A DNA stretch of 64,000 bases from a bacterium (GTDB lineage: Bacteria; Bacteroidota; Ignavibacteria; Kapaibacteriales; UBA2268). The notes under the pieces were generated by a model. It was given only the letters and a program-made list of their open reading frames with translations. It ran no database searches and was not told the DNA's origin. How positions within the stretch are numbered: the stretch's first letter is position 1; each line of letters starts with the position of its first letter. Made by a program: the position numbers and the translations under genes. Location: the NCBI GenBank assembly GCA_024711295.1, contig JANJTB010000026.1, positions 48,808 to 112,807 of the forward strand. Direction: 5' to 3'. Below, one piece after another: positions 1-9,294 of the stretch.

Positions 1-195
1 TGCATCATTGTTAAATTCCGAAATTGACTTATAACTTAGTTGTTGTCCAAGCTCAGCCATAATTGTCATTTTAGCACCGTATTGTTCCAATACTTCCAAA
101 AACTCAATCATAGGATTGTATTGTACATCCCAAAAATCCCCGGAGCCATCACCGTAAAGTTCCCAATCGTTAGTAAAAACCAATCCTAACTTCAT
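1..195 (-). CDS. Partial CDS (N-terminal 65 codons only, runs off the window edge); hypothetical, possibly a polysaccharide-deacetylase-like protein
   Basis: ATG at 195-193 on the minus strand gives an open frame to position 1 (MKLGLVFTNDWELYGDGSGDFWDVQYNPMIEFLEVLEQYGAKMTIMAELGQQ...). The start overlaps the TAA of the upstream AAC(3)-like gene by 1 nt (TAATG), consistent with translational coupling. The family assignment is weak. Confidence 0.35.
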   Translation of the reverse strand, partial: MKLGLVFTNDWELYGDGSGDFWDVQYNPMIEFLEVLEQYGAKMTIMAELGQQLSYKSISEFNNDA

Positions 196-1076
196 TATTT
201 ACTCCTATAAATTCTTTTGGGGTAAATAGTTATATTGTGATTTTCGTAAAGATTAATCATTTCATTGTATAGTGCTAGTCCATCAGCCTTGAAAAAGTCA
301 TAACCCGAAATCTTTAAGTCAGTACAAATATGTTTAGGAATGTAAGTCTTAAAATATGTGGGTAAATCGAAAATCATCTTTTTCATATCATGAGCATAAG
401 TATCAACAAATACTTTATCCCCATTTGATTTTATACACTCAGAATGAAAAACATTTTGATGATAAACTTCAACTGGAAAATTTTCCTTATAAGTATCATC
501 AACAGTATGCACACATGACAGATAAGTTGTTTTTATTCCCAAACCAATTATTTTGGGCTTAAACTGATAAATTTTAAAATATGGGCTGACGCTATCATAA
601 GGATAAGGAGAAGTATGGTGACTATCTGTAAGCTCTTCGGCATTGTTACCAATGGCAACAACCGATTTCGTTGGATGAAGACTTCTTACGGCGTTTTTGT
701 GCCTTCTCGCAATTTCACTTAATATGCCGGTAGATGACGGAGTACTTTTTTGATTAAACACCTTACCTGAAGAAACAAAATTATATGAATACCCAGCAGG
801 ATATGTAGGGAATAGTATATTGCCTGTTTTTCCGACAGTACTTAAGAGCAAATTTAATAAGTCGAATGGTGAGCATGTCAAATTTAGCTTGTCAACAGAA
901 CTATGTATAAAAACAGTATCACCATTCTTGATCCCTAACTCATCAATTACTATTTTTTCAATATCCTCAATTGTCAATTTAGGATTTTTACTGAGTTGAT
1001 GATGAGAATATCTCTTGTGTAATGATTTAAGAGTACTTTTAAGCCTTGAAGGTATTATGTTTTTGAGAACACTCAT
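195..1076 (-). CDS. AAC(3)-family (Antibiotic_NAT, PF02522-like) aminoglycoside/amino-sugar N-acetyltransferase
   Basis: 293-aa ORF. The N-terminal region 'GDTVFIHSSVDKLNL...DLLNLLLSTVGKTGNILFPTY' matches the AAC(3) signature (VHSSL...G...G.LxxPT). The start overlaps the upstream ORF stop as ATGA. Confidence 0.6.
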   Translation of the reverse strand: MSVLKNIIPSRLKSTLKSLHKRYSHHQLSKNPKLTIEDIEKIVIDELGIKNGDTVFIHSSVDKLNLTCSPFDLLNLLLSTVGKTGNILFPTYPAGYSYNFVSSGKVFNQKSTPSSTGILSEIARRHKNAVRSLHPTKSVVAIGNNAEELTDSHHTSPYPYDSVSPYFKIYQFKPKIIGLGIKTTYLSCVHTVDDTYKENFPVEVYHQNVFHSECIKSNGDKVFVDTYAHDMKKMIFDLPTYFKTYIPKHICTDLKISGYDFFKADGLALYNEMINLYENHNITIYPKRIYRSK

Positions 1077-1510
1077 TATTTAATTCTTAGATAATTTATT
1101 TTATCGCTGTATAGAATCTTTAAGTTGTTGACTCCTTTGATGTGACTGAGGTTTTTCTTTAACTCACTTATAATCGCCAAAAAGATATTTGAATTTTCAC
1201 TGTTTATTGAGTTATAGTGATCATCAATTGCAATATGCAACAAAGTAAACGAAGATAATTCTTCTCTAAAATATACAGCAATAGCAATCAAATTTTCCAT
1301 TTCTGAATCAAACACAGCGAGATTTTGTAAATCTTTAATGCTGTCGATAGTAATCTTTAAATAATCGCCATGTTCAATTATTTTTGGTAATCCAAATGCA
1401 TCAATTGAATTTGATATTTCCTGAACATACCTTATTTGTTGAGGATTAAAATAAATTAAATCCACCAATTTACTTTTGAATTTATTTGGTATATTACTCT
1501 GAAATATCAT
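1076..1510 (-). CDS. Hypothetical protein (144 aa), first gene of a three-gene minus-strand operon
   Basis: Intact ORF whose stop overlaps the AAC(3)-like start (ATGA). No recognisable motif. Confidence 0.4.
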   Translation of the reverse strand: MIFQSNIPNKFKSKLVDLIYFNPQQIRYVQEISNSIDAFGLPKIIEHGDYLKITIDSIKDLQNLAVFDSEMENLIAIAVYFREELSSFTLLHIAIDDHYNSINSENSNIFLAIISELKKNLSHIKGVNNLKILYSDKINYLRIK

Positions 1511-1659
1511 AATTGACAGTGTGTAAATGAATTAGTGCTAAAGTGATAATAGCAAAAATAATAAAAATACACCTATTATTGCCCAAAAAGTAAAATATGC
1601 ACATAAAATGAAGCAACTTTCGTCATTATTATTCGATTGTTAATAATGGAGTCAAAGTT

Positions 1660-2988
1660 GTGGAAGAATCAAACATAAAGGAATCAACAAGGAAAAGATT
1701 ATCAGAAATAGAGGAAGAAATTTCTAGGTTGGCTGATGAACGAGATGAGTTAAAGAAAAGATGGGAACTTGAAAAAAAATTGATTTTTGACCTTAGAAAT
1801 AACAAAGAAACTATTGAAAACTTAAAAAGTGAAGCAGAGAATTACGAAAGAAACGGAGATTTGGCAAAGGTTGCTGAAATAAGGTATGGGCGAATTCCGC
1901 AAATTGAAAATGATATCTCGTCATTAAAGTTAAAATTATCTGAAGTTCAATCTCAGGGTGCTTTGCTCAAAGAAGAAGTTGATTCAGAAGATATTGCTGA
2001 AATTGTTGCTAAATGGACAGGAATACCTGTAAGCAGGATGTTGGAAACTGAAAAAATGAAACTACTCAAGATGGAAGACAGACTCCACCAAAGAGTAGTC
2101 GGACAAGATGAAGCAATCAGTGTTGTATCTAATGCAATAAGAAGATCAAGAGCAGGTCTGCAAGACGAAAGTAAACCCATAGGTACATTTATATTCATTG
2201 GTAACACAGGTGTCGGTAAAACAGAACTTGCACGAGCTCTCGCTGAATTTTTATTCAATGATGAACACGCTATTGTCAGAATTGATATGAGCGAATATAT
2301 GGAGAAATTTTCTGTTTCCAGACTAATCGGAGCACCTCCCGGATATGTTGGTTATGAAGAAGGCGGACAGCTTACAGAAGCAATAAGAAGACGCCCATAT
2401 TCTGTAGTATTGCTGGATGAATTAGAAAAAGCTCATGGTGAAGTTTTCAATGTACTTTTACAGTTGCTTGATGAAGGAAGACTAACCGATGGAAAAGGCA
2501 GATTGGTTGATTTCAGAAATACTATTGTAATAATGACATCAAATCTAGGATCTGAAATTATAAATGATAAGTTATCAATGTTGAGTGAAGATAACCGATA
2601 CTCAATTTTATCTGAAATTAGAGTTAAGATTGTTGAACTCCTTCGAAAAAGATTAAGACCGGAGTTCTTGAACAGGATTGACGAAATTGTACTTTTTCAA
2701 CCTCTCACAGCTAAAGAAATACGTGAAATTACGGATTTACAAGTCCGTAGAGTGAGCAGTAAGCTTTTAAAAAACGGAGTTAAGTTAAATGTAAGTGAAT
2801 GTGCACTGGATTGGATTTCTAAACTTGGATATGATGCTCAATTTGGTGCCCGTCCATTAAAAAGAGCAATACAAAGAAATATTACTGATGTAATTGCCAT
2901 GAAAATTCTTTCAGGGGATTTTATTAATGGTGATGAAATATATGTAAATTGTGATGATAACGGAAAATTTTCTTTCGAAAAGAAATAA
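1660..2988 (+). CDS. clpB: ClpB-like AAA+ chaperone, C-terminal half only (M-domain coiled coil plus NBD2); 5'-truncated, a possible gene remnant
   Basis: 442-aa ORF with a GTG start. It contains the NBD2 Walker A 'GNTGVGKTELARALAE', sensor/arginine-finger regions and 'GARPLKRAIQ', preceded by an M-domain coiled coil. The reading frame is closed by a TGA 17 codons upstream of the start. Only 150 nt separate it from the oppositely oriented ORF, so the about 420-aa N-domain plus NBD1 is absent. Confidence 0.7.
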   Translation: MEESNIKESTRKRLSEIEEEISRLADERDELKKRWELEKKLIFDLRNNKETIENLKSEAENYERNGDLAKVAEIRYGRIPQIENDISSLKLKLSEVQSQGALLKEEVDSEDIAEIVAKWTGIPVSRMLETEKMKLLKMEDRLHQRVVGQDEAISVVSNAIRRSRAGLQDESKPIGTFIFIGNTGVGKTELARALAEFLFNDEHAIVRIDMSEYMEKFSVSRLIGAPPGYVGYEEGGQLTEAIRRRPYSVVLLDELEKAHGEVFNVLLQLLDEGRLTDGKGRLVDFRNTIVIMTSNLGSEIINDKLSMLSEDNRYSILSEIRVKIVELLRKRLRPEFLNRIDEIVLFQPLTAKEIREITDLQVRRVSSKLLKNGVKLNVSECALDWISKLGYDAQFGARPLKRAIQRNITDVIAMKILSGDFINGDEIYVNCDDNGKFSFEKK

Positions 2989-3022
2989 AAAATAGTTATT
3001 TTGCATTCCATTCATAGAAAAT

Positions 3023-4897
3023 ATGTACAAAACTTTTACTAATATATTATTTATGGCTTTTTTAGGGGCATTATTACTTAATAATTGCTCTGGTATAAGT
3101 AGTCAGGATATTATAAATCCTAAAGATTTTAAGGGTGTATCACAAGTTAGGAAAGGTGATGCAGCAAAGTTAGTTTGGAAGTTTGAAAATGCAGAAAAAG
3201 TAAGAATAAAAGAATTACAACGTAACTACTCTCCAGCAGACAGTATTAATGTATTTTCAGATTCTTCAAATACACTCAGTTTTGTAATTACAAAAGGAAA
3301 AGATACTCTTAACCTATCGTGGAAAATTTACGTTTATGATGTGAAAGATGACATCGAAACAGGTCCAGTAACCCAAATAAACGATGACTCGCAACAATCA
3401 TTCATAAATTCTGATTATATTAGGGGAATACAAAAATCAGCAACAGAGACAAAACTGAAAAACTTAAAGATTATGAGACATTATTTCCCCTACAAATCAT
3501 TGAATTTCATACATACTAGGGCAATTGTACTAGATGAATTCGGGAATTATGTTAGGGGACTTGCACTCGAACCTCATAAATCAAATTTTGTTAATGCAGA
3601 AATCGGTTGCGGAGATGATTTCAAGAAAACTTCTTTGTCAACTGTTAAGGAATTTATTGATGATGATAAAGAAGGTGTAGATTTTACTGTTTTAGTTGAT
3701 AATTCTGCTATTGCAGGTGACTTTTTTCCAATTTATGAGCAATTAAAGCTATTCATAAAAGATACAGATTCAAGTGATAAATTTTCACTATATTCCTTCA
3801 ATCAAAACATTTCAGAGATATTAAAGTTATCAAGCTACTCTGGAAATGACATAAATATTTCTCCTGGTAAACCTCATGGTCTTTCAGCAATATACAAATC
3901 GCTTAATTTTCTTTTAGATTCTTTGAAAATTAATCAAGGGAAAAATGTAATTATTCTAGTTGCGTACAGTACTGATAATAATTCAATTGTTTACGACAGA
4001 AATGATGTAATAGATAAAGCAATTGCTGCAGATATTCCAATTTATGTAATTGGAATAGGAAATGCTGTTGATACATATTCATTGCGTTCAATTTCAACAC
4101 TATCAGGAGCAAGATATTACGGGCTTGATGAAAATCAGTTAAGTGATATTAAATTAGTGATGAATGAAATATGTTTTTCGCAAAAGTACTACTACGAATT
4201 TGATATTACTGTACCAGTGTCACCTTCCGGTGCTTGTTCAAACATTCACGCTAATGTAGATTTTTCGCACAACAATTCACATATAAGAGATTCACTTATT
4301 CTTCCCTCAACTCGAAGCAGGCAAGAATTTAATTATATGGCTCTAGCATCATTTGAATATAAAGATACAACATTAGTTCCGGAATATTTGGAATCAGTTT
4401 TGCTACTGGCTGATGTAATGAAAAAAAATCCACAACTACCTGTTGAACTAATTGGTAATTCCAGTATTGAGGGAAATGATAGAGTAAATTACGAGCTTGG
4501 ACTTAAGAGAGCTCAGGCTGTAAGAAAAATATTGATTGCTAACGGAGTTAATCCTGCAAAAATTAGAGTTCGTTCTGATGGAAGCAATAATCCGGTTTAC
4601 TATATTCAAGACTCATATTGGATGCAGTATTACAATCGCAGAGTCGAATTAAAGTGGCTAGACCCCGCTTTATTACCTTTTGAAATAATTGCACAAACCT
4701 ATGACACCGAGTCAGAAGCATTAAATATGGTCGAAAAATGGGAAGACCGTGGGTACCGTGCTTACTACGAAAGATATTTTGTAAATAATATACCTACCTA
4801 TCGGGTCAAGATTTGGGGTTACTCTACACTTAAAGAAGCAGAAAAAATTGCTAAGAAGCTAAGTTCAGATTTTGAATATCAGTTTACCGTTCAATAG
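3023..4897 (+). CDS. Secreted multidomain envelope lipoprotein-like protein: vWA-like, OmpA-like peptidoglycan-binding and C-terminal SPOR domains
   Basis: Signal peptide ending 'LLLNNCSG'. vWA-like 'VDFTVLVDNSAIAG'. OmpA-like 'ELIGNSSIEGNDRVNYELGLKRAQAVRKILIANGVNPAKIRVRSDGSNNP'. SPOR-like tail 'YRAYYERYF...TYRVKIWGYSTLKEAEKIAKKLS'. Confidence 0.55.
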   Translation: MYKTFTNILFMAFLGALLLNNCSGISSQDIINPKDFKGVSQVRKGDAAKLVWKFENAEKVRIKELQRNYSPADSINVFSDSSNTLSFVITKGKDTLNLSWKIYVYDVKDDIETGPVTQINDDSQQSFINSDYIRGIQKSATETKLKNLKIMRHYFPYKSLNFIHTRAIVLDEFGNYVRGLALEPHKSNFVNAEIGCGDDFKKTSLSTVKEFIDDDKEGVDFTVLVDNSAIAGDFFPIYEQLKLFIKDTDSSDKFSLYSFNQNISEILKLSSYSGNDINISPGKPHGLSAIYKSLNFLLDSLKINQGKNVIILVAYSTDNNSIVYDRNDVIDKAIAADIPIYVIGIGNAVDTYSLRSISTLSGARYYGLDENQLSDIKLVMNEICFSQKYYYEFDITVPVSPSGACSNIHANVDFSHNNSHIRDSLILPSTRSRQEFNYMALASFEYKDTTLVPEYLESVLLLADVMKKNPQLPVELIGNSSIEGNDRVNYELGLKRAQAVRKILIANGVNPAKIRVRSDGSNNPVYYIQDSYWMQYYNRRVELKWLDPALLPFEIIAQTYDTESEALNMVEKWEDRGYRAYYERYFVNNIPTYRVKIWGYSTLKEAEKIAKKLSSDFEYQFTVQ

Positions 4898-5552
4898 TTT
4901 TTTTAGCAACAACTGCAAACTGAAGGTATCTTGAATCGCTAAACATTCCTAAAGTAATGATATTAATTGGAAGAAATTTTTTGATGGAAATTGGGTTAAT
5001 TCCTACAATTTGAATAATTTCATAACCACTTTGGTTGAACATTCTGACAGTGCTTTTCTTTGTAAAAAATCTTAAATGAGTAAAGTCTAAAATTCCACCT
5101 TCATGTTTGTATTCCCAGTCTCTTTTAATCAGTAGTTCATAAAGATTACCTGCATATCTTACATTAGGTATAGATGCTATTATTGATGAGCCAACGGGCA
5201 TAATATCAAACAATTTACTTAGTGTATCAAAAGGGTTTGCAAAATGCTCTAATACATCATTAAAAACTACACAATCAAAAAAGTTCCTTTCCAGTTTGTC
5301 ATAAGCATCGTCAAAGTTTGAATTAAGTACAAAGTCAAGTTTGGTTTTTGCAGTCTGCGCAGCATCTTTGAATGGCTCAATACCCCAATACTCGCAGTTA
5401 ATTTTTCCTTTTACAGACAGTCCAAAATTTCCTTCACCGCAACCGACCTCCAAAATTCTTCTTGAATTATGAGGTATGAATTTCAGCATTTCAGGTCTGG
5501 ATGATGTAAAATAATTTTTGTAATCACCCTGGCTTTTCACTTTTTTCAACAT
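4884..5552 (-). CDS. Class I SAM-dependent methyltransferase
   Basis: Motif I 'ILEVGCGEGNFG', an acidic residue after beta-2 and 'VVFNDVLEHF' (Methyltransf_11/23-like). Its 3' end overlaps the convergent upstream gene by 14 nt. Confidence 0.7.
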   Translation of the reverse strand: MLKKVKSQGDYKNYFTSSRPEMLKFIPHNSRRILEVGCGEGNFGLSVKGKINCEYWGIEPFKDAAQTAKTKLDFVLNSNFDDAYDKLERNFFDCVVFNDVLEHFANPFDTLSKLFDIMPVGSSIIASIPNVRYAGNLYELLIKRDWEYKHEGGILDFTHLRFFTKKSTVRMFNQSGYEIIQIVGINPISIKKFLPINIITLGMFSDSRYLQFAVVAKKTIER

Positions 5553-5571
5553 AATCTAAATTCATCATCAT

Positions 5572-5612
5572 TAAATAAAAAACTTCCCTTCGCAGAAAGC
5601 AAAGGGAAGTAT
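5572..5612 (-). terminator. Rho-independent terminator for gdhA (minus strand)
   Basis: Perfect 8-bp inverted repeat CTTCCCTT / AAGGGAAG with a 10-nt loop at 5583-5610. An A-run on the plus strand at 5574-5582 gives the U-tract on the minus-strand transcript. Confidence 0.5.
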
Positions 5613-5641
5613 TGATAAAATAATTATTGGAAATTACTTAA

Positions 5642-6928
5642 TTATACCCAACCACGAAGTTTGCAAGCTTCAGCTACTCTAGATATAGAAATCAAATACG
5701 CAGCATCACGCATGTAGATCTTTCTTGATTTTGCTAAATCACTGACAGCATGATATGCATGAGTCATTTTTTGGTCTAATTTCTCTAAAACTTCTTGGCG
5801 AGTCCAGAAATAATTCATATTACATTGAACTTGTTCGAAATAAGAACATGTTACACCACCTGCATTAGCCAAAAAGTCAGGGATGACCCAAATACCACGG
5901 GCTTTGATTACTTCGTCAGCTTCTGGAGTTGTAGGTCCGTTTGCGCCTTCTGCAATCAATTTAACTGTGGGCTTAATCATATTTACGTTTGAAGCGTTGA
6001 TTTGATTTTCCAATGCTGCAGGAACAAGTATATCAACTTCTTGTTGAATCCATGCATCACCAGGTAAAATTTCATAACCTAATTCAAGAGCTTTTTGTTG
6101 GTCAACTTCACCAAATCTGTTTGTAATAGAAAGCAATTCCTTCCAGTCAATACCGGATAATTTTTTATAAGTAATGGCTTTCTTTTCTTTATTATCCCAG
6201 CTCGAAACAGCAATTGCTTTTCCACCATATTGAGTATAAAGGTCAATCGCATACTGGCTGACATTACCAAAGCCCTGGAATGAAGCTGTAGTTTTACTTA
6301 TATCAATATTTAATTCTTTCAAAGCTTCGCGTACAGTGTACATTACACCGTAACCTGTTGCTTCTGTTCTACCTAAAGAACCACCTGATCCGAGTGGTTT
6401 ACCGGTAATAAAACCAGGAGCTTTTACGCCGGTAATTCTTTCGTATTCATCAAGCATCCACAACATGTGTTGTCCATTAGTCATAACATCAGGAGCTGGT
6501 ACATCTTGCAATGGTCCAACATTACGGGCAATCTGACGAACCCAACCGCGGCAAATAGCTTCCTGTTCGCGCAATGATAAGTTACGAGGATCACAAATCA
6601 CTCCACCTTTACCACCACCTAATGGAATATCAACTACTGCAGTTTTCCAAGTCATCCACATTGACAAAGCTCTTACTGTATCAACTGTTTCCTGAGGATG
6701 AAAACGAATACCACCTTTGCTAGGTCCGCGAGCGTCGTTGTGTTGGCAACGATAACCACGGAACACTTTGTATGTGCCATCATCCATTCTGATTGGAATA
6801 TTAAAATGATATTCTCTATCAGGATTTCTGAGTAATTCTTTTGTTGCTTCATCTAATTGAAGATTTTCTGCTATGGCATCAAATTGCTGTTGAGCCATTT
6901 TAAACGGATTGAATGATCCTTCTGACAT
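5642..6928 (-). CDS. gdhA: NAD(P)-specific glutamate dehydrogenase (Glu/Leu/Phe/Val dehydrogenase family)
   Basis: 428 aa. Catalytic glycine-rich motif 'IPLGGGKGGV'. C-terminal Rossmann 'GFGNVSQYA'. Typical GDH length. Confidence 0.9.
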   Translation of the reverse strand: MSEGSFNPFKMAQQQFDAIAENLQLDEATKELLRNPDREYHFNIPIRMDDGTYKVFRGYRCQHNDARGPSKGGIRFHPQETVDTVRALSMWMTWKTAVVDIPLGGGKGGVICDPRNLSLREQEAICRGWVRQIARNVGPLQDVPAPDVMTNGQHMLWMLDEYERITGVKAPGFITGKPLGSGGSLGRTEATGYGVMYTVREALKELNIDISKTTASFQGFGNVSQYAIDLYTQYGGKAIAVSSWDNKEKKAITYKKLSGIDWKELLSITNRFGEVDQQKALELGYEILPGDAWIQQEVDILVPAALENQINASNVNMIKPTVKLIAEGANGPTTPEADEVIKARGIWVIPDFLANAGGVTCSYFEQVQCNMNYFWTRQEVLEKLDQKMTHAYHAVSDLAKSRKIYMRDAAYLISISRVAEACKLRGWV

Positions 6929-7261
6929 TGTTATGTTCCTTTTTTAATTGTTTCTTAATAAGGAATTTCTGTATGAAATTCTTTTTTAAATTATGTAAAA
7001 AAACTAATTCAAAATTAACTAATTTAATGTTATTTCAAAACATAAAAATGCATTTTCTCAACTTTTTTTGTGAATTTTATGTATAATTTATAACAATAAA
7101 TTTATTTTTTACTCATTTACAGCTTTCTTTGATATTTTACTCAAAATTATCCTTCATTAATTGGAACATAAAAGTTAGTACATATAATAAAAATTAAAGG
7201 TAAATAATTTTGGTTTGCTTATTTTAGTATTTTATTTCTTAACAAATGAAATTTAATATTT

Positions 7262-7753
7262 ATGAAAAAAGAATATATTTTTGCAGGGTTAGGAGTAGGA
7301 GTAGTTTTACTTTTACTTTACTTCACCTCATTCAAATCTAATTTTACTATCAGAGATGTTTTTACCGACAGTACAGCAAACGGTAAATTCACTTATTTAA
7401 TAGTAGAAACAGAATCAAATGATTCAAAAACACTTATAAATTGGGCAAAAGGAATTAAATCCTCAGAAGAATTCCTTAAAATGCCTGACAAAACAAAACC
7501 TGCAGTGGTAACAATATACTTTTATAATCCTAAAGATACCATCAGCCTTGATGAAAATACCACAAATGCTTTAAAAAAAAGGTACCCCAACAATCCTGAC
7601 TTTATGGAGAAAATCAATTTTGCCCCTAAAGGCTGGCAATATATTGGTCACAACAGTAAAATACTCGAAGGGATATCAAAAGATTCAATTTTCCAAACTC
7701 TGATTTTTGTACCTAAAGAAGGATACAAAGCAAAAGATATTATTCCAAAATAA
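7262..7753 (+). CDS. Hypothetical membrane-anchored or exported protein (163 aa)
   Basis: N-terminal hydrophobic segment '[15 protein letters not shown]'. No recognisable motif. Confidence 0.45.
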   Translation: MKKEYIFAGLGVGVVLLLLYFTSFKSNFTIRDVFTDSTANGKFTYLIVETESNDSKTLINWAKGIKSSEEFLKMPDKTKPAVVTIYFYNPKDTISLDENTTNALKKRYPNNPDFMEKINFAPKGWQYIGHNSKILEGISKDSIFQTLIFVPKEGYKAKDIIPK

Positions 7754-7763
7754 TGAGAAAGAA

Positions 7764-8798
7764 ATGGTAGATTTAAGAAGTGATACGGTAACAATTCCAA
7801 GCGAAGAGATGCGCAGATATATGATGTATGCTCAGGTTGGTGATGACGTATATGGAGAAGATCCTACAGTAAACATTTTGCAAGAGAGAGTCGCTGAATT
7901 GTTTGGAAAGGAAGATGCACTTTTTGTACCTTCCGGAACAATGAGCAATCAATTATCTCTTAAAGTTCTTACAGAAGCTGCAGATGAAGTAATTATCGAA
8001 GCTGATGCTCATGTATTTTATTATGAAACTGCTGCGCCTTCTGTAATTTCTAATGTACAGTTTTTTACTATCCCATCAGAGAACGGAGAAATGCCGCTCG
8101 AAAAAATTAAAAGGGCTATAAGACCAGATATTTATTATTTCCCCAAAACAAAAGCAGTTTTTATTGAAAATACTCATAACCGTCATGGTGGAACAGTTAT
8201 TTCAATTGAGTACATTAAAGAATTAAGAAAATTTTGTGATGATAACGGTCTTCTGATGCATTTAGACGGGGCAAGAATTTGGAATGCTCATATTGCAACT
8301 GGAATTCCTTTGAATGAATATGGCATCTATTTCGACACAATTTCTGTTTGTTTATCTAAAGGTTTGGGAGCTCCTGTTGGCTCTTTGATGGTATCTGATA
8401 AACAGAAAATAAGCAAGGCTCTGAAATGGAGAAAAATATTGGGTGGTGGTATGAGGCAGGCCGGAATTCTGGCAGCTGCAGGAATATATGCCCTTGATAA
8501 CAATTTAAGATTGATAGAATCAGACCATAAACTGGCTAAGTACTTTGCTAAAGCAATTGCTGAAATCGAAGGAATAACATGTTCTCCTGATTCAGTACAG
8601 ACAAATATGGTTGTTTTTAAATTAGATGATAAAGTTGAAGATTTTAAATTTGTAAATGAATGTAGAAAAAGAGGTTTACTCCTATCCTCAATCGGTGATA
8701 ATAAAATTCGAACCGTTTTTCATATTCAAATAAATCAGCTCATGGCAGATAATGCTATCGATATAATTTACGAAACCATCAACTCTTTTTTGGATTAA
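7764..8798 (+). CDS. ltaE: Low-specificity L-threonine aldolase (PLP-dependent)
   Basis: The N-terminus '[20 protein letters not shown]...[12 protein letters not shown]' is the canonical threonine aldolase start; a PLP lysine region is present. The ORF track start at 7707 would overlap the upstream gene, so the in-frame ATG at 7764 is preferred. Confidence 0.8.
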   Translation: MVDLRSDTVTIPSEEMRRYMMYAQVGDDVYGEDPTVNILQERVAELFGKEDALFVPSGTMSNQLSLKVLTEAADEVIIEADAHVFYYETAAPSVISNVQFFTIPSENGEMPLEKIKRAIRPDIYYFPKTKAVFIENTHNRHGGTVISIEYIKELRKFCDDNGLLMHLDGARIWNAHIATGIPLNEYGIYFDTISVCLSKGLGAPVGSLMVSDKQKISKALKWRKILGGGMRQAGILAAAGIYALDNNLRLIESDHKLAKYFAKAIAEIEGITCSPDSVQTNMVVFKLDDKVEDFKFVNECRKRGLLLSSIGDNKIRTVFHIQINQLMADNAIDIIYETINSFLD

Positions 8799-8799
8799 T

Positions 8800-9294
8800 A
8801 TGAAACGAATTACTGAAGCATCTGTAAAAGAAGAAATCCCAAAATATAGGCATAGTATTACCGGACAGGTAAAATTTCATGAAGTTGATTCATTTGGTGT
8901 AGTTCATAATATTCAGTATTTCTATTTCTTAGAATGGGCTAGAACAAAATACTTGGAGATGGTAGGTATGCCACTTACCAATAAAACATTTACAGCAGAT
9001 TTTCCTTTAATGACCGTTCACCATGAAATGGATTACTTTAATCCACTTTATTTTACTGATGAGTATGAAATATTCTCAAGAACAGTTAAGGTCGGTAAAT
9101 CTTCTATAGTTATGGAAAATATAATTACTAACTTAGCAGGTGATGTATGTATAAAAGCTTCTGTTACTCTGGTTCATCTAAGCACCGAAAATTACAGACC
9201 TGACAGACTACCTCAGTCAATCAGAAATATGATAGTTCAAATTGAAGGTGATAATGTTGAAGTTGCCGATAATTTAAAAATTCTAAAAACTTAA
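8800..9294 (+). CDS. Hotdog-fold acyl-CoA thioesterase (4HBT/YbgC-like)
   Basis: 164 aa. 'KFHEVDSFGVVHNIQYFYFLEWARTKYLE' matches the 4HBT catalytic region. The start is 2 nt after the ltaE stop. Confidence 0.7.
   Translation: MKRITEASVKEEIPKYRHSITGQVKFHEVDSFGVVHNIQYFYFLEWARTKYLEMVGMPLTNKTFTADFPLMTVHHEMDYFNPLYFTDEYEIFSRTVKVGKSSIVMENIITNLAGDVCIKASVTLVHLSTENYRPDRLPQSIRNMIVQIEGDNVEVADNLKILKT

Noticed and set aside
6929-7261. 333-nt ORF-free region as a possible sRNA locus
   Set aside because: It is extremely AT-rich with no stable hairpins or conserved-looking blocks. It is most simply the divergent promoter region for gdhA and the 163-aa ORF.
7707-7763. Upstream extension of ltaE (ORF track start at 7707)
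   Set aside because: It would overlap the preceding gene by 47 nt and adds a non-homologous N-terminus. The in-frame ATG at 7764 gives the canonical '[10 protein letters not shown]' threonine aldolase start.
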